From Trypanosoma brucei (taxonomy: Eukaryota), in assembly GCA_000002445.1 (NCBI GenBank), contig CM000208.1, positions 320,001-384,000 on the forward strand: DNA of 64,000 nucleotides. Reading direction: 5' to 3'. Both the position numbers and the translations under genes were made by a program. The notes under the pieces were generated by a model. The model did not search any database. It was not told the DNA's origin and saw only the letters and a list, made by a program, of their open reading frames with translations. Numbering within the stretch: the stretch's first letter is position 1; every line of letters begins with the position of its first letter. Of the stretch, positions 63,001 through 64,000 are shown in pieces.

Positions 63001-64000
63001 TTAGCTAATTCTACTTGCTGCCTTTCTTCCAGTTCACGAAGTTCTTCCTTTAACTGATCGTTACAAGCTTGGAGAGTATTAAGGCGTTCAAGAATGGCAT
63101 CATCCGACTCGTTACCTGTGCGGCACGCTTCAAGTTCTTCAAGAAACTTCGCCTCCTGCTCAGCCTTGTATTCCTCCAATTTCTGTCTGAGAAGTTCATC
63201 GTGCTCAGCGATACGGTCAGCTGCTTCCTGTGTCACATTAGCTAATTCTACTTGCTGCCTTTCTTCCAGTTCACGAAGTTCTTCCTTTAACTGATCGTTA
63301 CAAGCTTGGAGAGCATTAAGGCGTTCAAGAATGGCATCATCCGATTCGTTACCTGTGCGGCACGCTTCAAGTTCTTCAAGAAACTTCGCCTCCTGCTCAG
63401 CCTTGTATTCCTCCAATTTCTGTCTGAGAAGTTCATCATGCTCAGCGATACGGTCAGCTGCTTCCTGTGTCACATTAGCTAATTCTACTTGCTGCCTTTC
63501 TTCCAGTTCACGAAGTTCTTCCTTTAACTGATCGTTACAAGCTTGGAGAGTATTAAGGCGTTCAAGAATGGCATCATCCGATTCGTTACCTGTGCGGCAC
63601 GCTTCAAGTTCTTCAAGAAACTTCGCCTCCTGCTCAGCCTTGTATTCCTCCAATTTCTGTCTGAGAAGTTCATCATGCTCAGCGATACGGTCAGCTGCTT
63701 CCTGTGTCACATTAGCTAATTCTACTTGCTGCCTTTCTTCCAGTTCACGAAGTTCTTCCTTTAACTGATCGTTACAAGCTTGGAGAGCATTAAGGCGTTC
63801 AAGAATGGCATCATCCGATTCGTTACCTGTGCGGCACGCTTCAAGTTCTTCAAGAAACTTCGCCTCCTGCTCAGCCTTGTATTCCTCCAATTTCTGTCTG
63901 AGAAGTTCATCATGCTCAGCGATACGGTCAGCTGCTTCCTGTGTCACATTAGCTAATTCTACTTGCTGCCTTTCTTCCAGTTCACGAAGTTCTTCCTTTA
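57003..64000 (-). CDS. Giant coiled-coil protein, partial (N-terminus beyond the window). At least 17 tandem 79-aa repeats are followed by a ~950-aa non-repetitive coiled-coil C-terminal region.
   Basis: The ORF is open from 57003 to the window edge. Repeat unit: ANVTQEAADRIAEHDELLRQKLEEYKAEQEAKFLEELEACRTGNESDDAILERLNALQACNDQLKEELRELEERQQVEL. The C-terminal region is E/Q/L/R-rich heptad-like sequence. Confidence 0.75.
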   Translation of the reverse strand, partial: KEELRELEERQQVELANVTQEAADRIAEHDELLRQKLEEYKAEQEAKFLEELEACRTGNESDDAILERLNALQACNDQLKEELRELEERQQVELANVTQEAADRIAEHDELLRQKLEEYKAEQEAKFLEELEACRTGNESDDAILERLNTLQACNDQLKEELRELEERQQVELANVTQEAADRIAEHDELLRQKLEEYKAEQEAKFLEELEACRTGNESDDAILERLNALQACNDQLKEELRELEERQQVELANVTQEAADRIAEHDELLRQKLEEYKAEQEAKFLEELEACRTGNESDDAILERLNTLQACNDQLKEELRELEERQQVELANVTQEAADRIAEHDELLRQKLEEYKAEQEAKFLEELEACRTGNESDDAILERLNTLQACNDQLKEELRELEERQQVELANVTQEAADRIAEHDELLRQKLEEYKAEQEAKFLEELETCRTGNESDDAILERLNTLQACNDQLKEELRELEERQQVELANVTQEAADRIAEHDELLRQKLEEYKAEQEAKFLEELEACRTGNESDDAILERLNTLQACNDQLKEELRELEERQQVELANVTQEAADRIAEHDELLRQKLEEYKAEQEAKFLEELEACRTGNESDDAILERLNALQACNDQLKEELRELEERQQVELANVTQEAADRIAEHDELLRQKLEEYKAEQEAKFLEELEACRTGNESDDAILERLNALQACNDQLKEELRELEERQQVELANVTQEAADRIAEHDELLRQKLEEYKAEQEAKFLEELEACRTGNESDDAILERLNTLQACNDQLKEELRELEERQQVELANVTQEAADRIAEHDELLRQKLEEYKAEQEAKFLEELETCRTGNESDDAILERLNTLQACNDQLKEELRELEERQQVELANVTQEAADRIAEHDELLRQKLEEYKAEQEAKFLEELEACRTGNESDDAILERLNTLQACNDQLKEELRELEERQQVELANVTQEAADRIAEHDELLRQKLEEYKAEQEAKFLEELEACRTGNESDDAILERLNALQACNDQLKEELRELEERQQVELANVTQEAADRIAEHDELLRQKLEEYKAEQEAKFLEELEACRTGNESDDAILERLNTLQACNDQLKEELRELEERQQVELANVTQEAADRIAEHDELLRQKLEEYKAEQEAKFLEELEACRTGNESDDAILERLNTLQACNDQLKEELRELEERQQVELANVTQEAADRIAEHDELLRQKLEEYKAEQEAKFLEELEACRTGNESDDAILERLNTLQACNDQLKEELRELEERQQVELANVTQEAADRIAEHDELLRQKLEEYKAEQEAKFLEELETCRTGNESDDAILERLNALQACNDQLKEELRELEERQQVELANVTQEAGGTRGYCGVTVFVASTSSSVGSVRSLLGADSCLPCINLETADCGAKEAECCISHREVVGNGSHCVDVLKGSEKVSSRVQTDSPEAIGVVCRSFVDMTEDRENGERVDYGNLNGLSYCNFSGDIPDDIGMGNLVICRKQSKCNKSCQVDDGVVPLDDSNEAELRVEDCQTLPDVTRNRVELQREEQSRLHSENGGSEKEVHTAELDHTTLKHNVVEDLFAEKVLTIPLVVEYLFRAVLDAHEYLVRHHVNFQRKLLSRCDVIERAASDAMIEGERQCEEFMAVVEGAEVERQGLLRQITELQQEVATFKASSERVESELCSNKEEHSKVIRKLHEKLDATQHEMEVVKVEYANSLHKMELVKTENANVLHLFSELKKTAADVEDEQRREVVRLQEALREKTHTSRELLELTEQKLAAALEEVDQCKCSREDLEKQLRSTKSSLDRVIPRLERAETERDSLESQLLDATQEVQLLTQRNRTAEEASRRQADALTATVEELREANTKLGESCKEQQAQLDSLKAQLAVAETELERLRMRATQQESDAQRLNGKLCELESSSTLQVEEAAAALRAAEMRIAALEPRKAALQEEVDHVRRKNCELQGCCDELKERLRQAADTTQNAEQMHNRRVQQLNEQVEALQLEVKQLQEAHDGLVADREQLVREQVGAAQETERIKQNLERCNQQKERLQNEIQWQRESYESEIQAAQETLNGAREELSKWRHTLEEAEAQQNAMRDTISMLQVERTSNHEQIRAVRLQLREYQELLAQERGYLHETGLKFLRSCSDECSVQKSPSVPYTPQRECGTRETCSLTSAPAGCCDSQKTQGSASQKSIARLRNIVAQKSLLLEEREAQVESLYSEMKTAIVHVVQEARNAQLGSKALAPVDQRELLLNNIMHNLLLRLGRLSRVVREPSTDSTGSGSRDPANAEVSPNSSTNPEAVLNFSSAATPKERVSGGGDESTDAR
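59903..64000. repeat. Tandem array of 237-bp units (period 237 = 79 codons), at least 17.3 copies, near-identical, continuing past the window end
   Basis: Plus-strand shadow ORFs recur every 237 nt from 60013 to 63568. The units differ at only about three nucleotide positions (gagcattaag/gagtattaag; cacgcttcaag/cacgtttcaag; ccgactcg/ccgattcg). Confidence 0.95.

Noticed and set aside
60013-63768. Sixteen identical 66-aa plus-strand ORFs (MASSDSLPVRH[AV]SSSSRNF...)
   Set aside because: They are antisense shadows of the 237-bp repeat array that encodes the minus-strand giant protein. Their Ser/Cys-rich low-complexity composition and exact 237-nt periodicity fit a frame artefact.

Overview
This window is not a prokaryotic island. 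It reads as a kinetoplastid (trypanosomatid) nuclear chromosome segment. Every convincing gene lies on the minus strand, which fits a single polycistronic transcription unit read right-to-left with no strand-switch region. Genes are intron-less and are separated by intergenic regions that are A/G-rich on the plus strand, meaning pyrimidine-rich on the coding strand, as expected for trans-splicing and polyadenylation signals. Two adjacent purine phosphoribosyltransferase paralogs are present. One of them (210 aa, starting [21 protein letters not shown]) matches, from memory, Trypanosoma brucei HGPRT. The window is therefore most likely T. brucei-group, possibly chromosome 10, but this is unconfirmed. 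About 23 protein-coding genes are supported. Recognisable products are: a meiotic-clade AAA ATPase; eukaryotic-type aspartyl-tRNA synthetase; a MutS homolog that looks like MSH4; a SCY1-like pseudokinase; a NEK-like kinase; two HGPRT/HGXPRT paralogs, one ending in SKL; and methionine aminopeptidase 2. Less certain calls are PDCD2-like, YbaK-like, HEAT-repeat, SH3-domain, multi-RanBP2 zinc-finger and twin-Cx9C proteins. The striking structures are: (1) a giant minus-strand gene whose N-terminal part is a near-perfect tandem array of 237-bp (79-aa) repeats, with at least 17 copies that run off the right edge; (2) a 6.7-kb stretch (5728-12413) with no convincing ORF, containing a 1.4-kb GC-rich island with a G12 run and chained short ORFs in shifting frames; (3) a roughly 539-codon minus-strand ORF that runs off the left edge and is absent from the supplied ORF track. 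I see no CRISPR, no phage or plasmid modules and no rRNA. One tRNA-like T-loop motif does not fold into a cloverleaf. Gene starts are provisional because true starts in trypanosomatids are set by spliced-leader acceptor sites.
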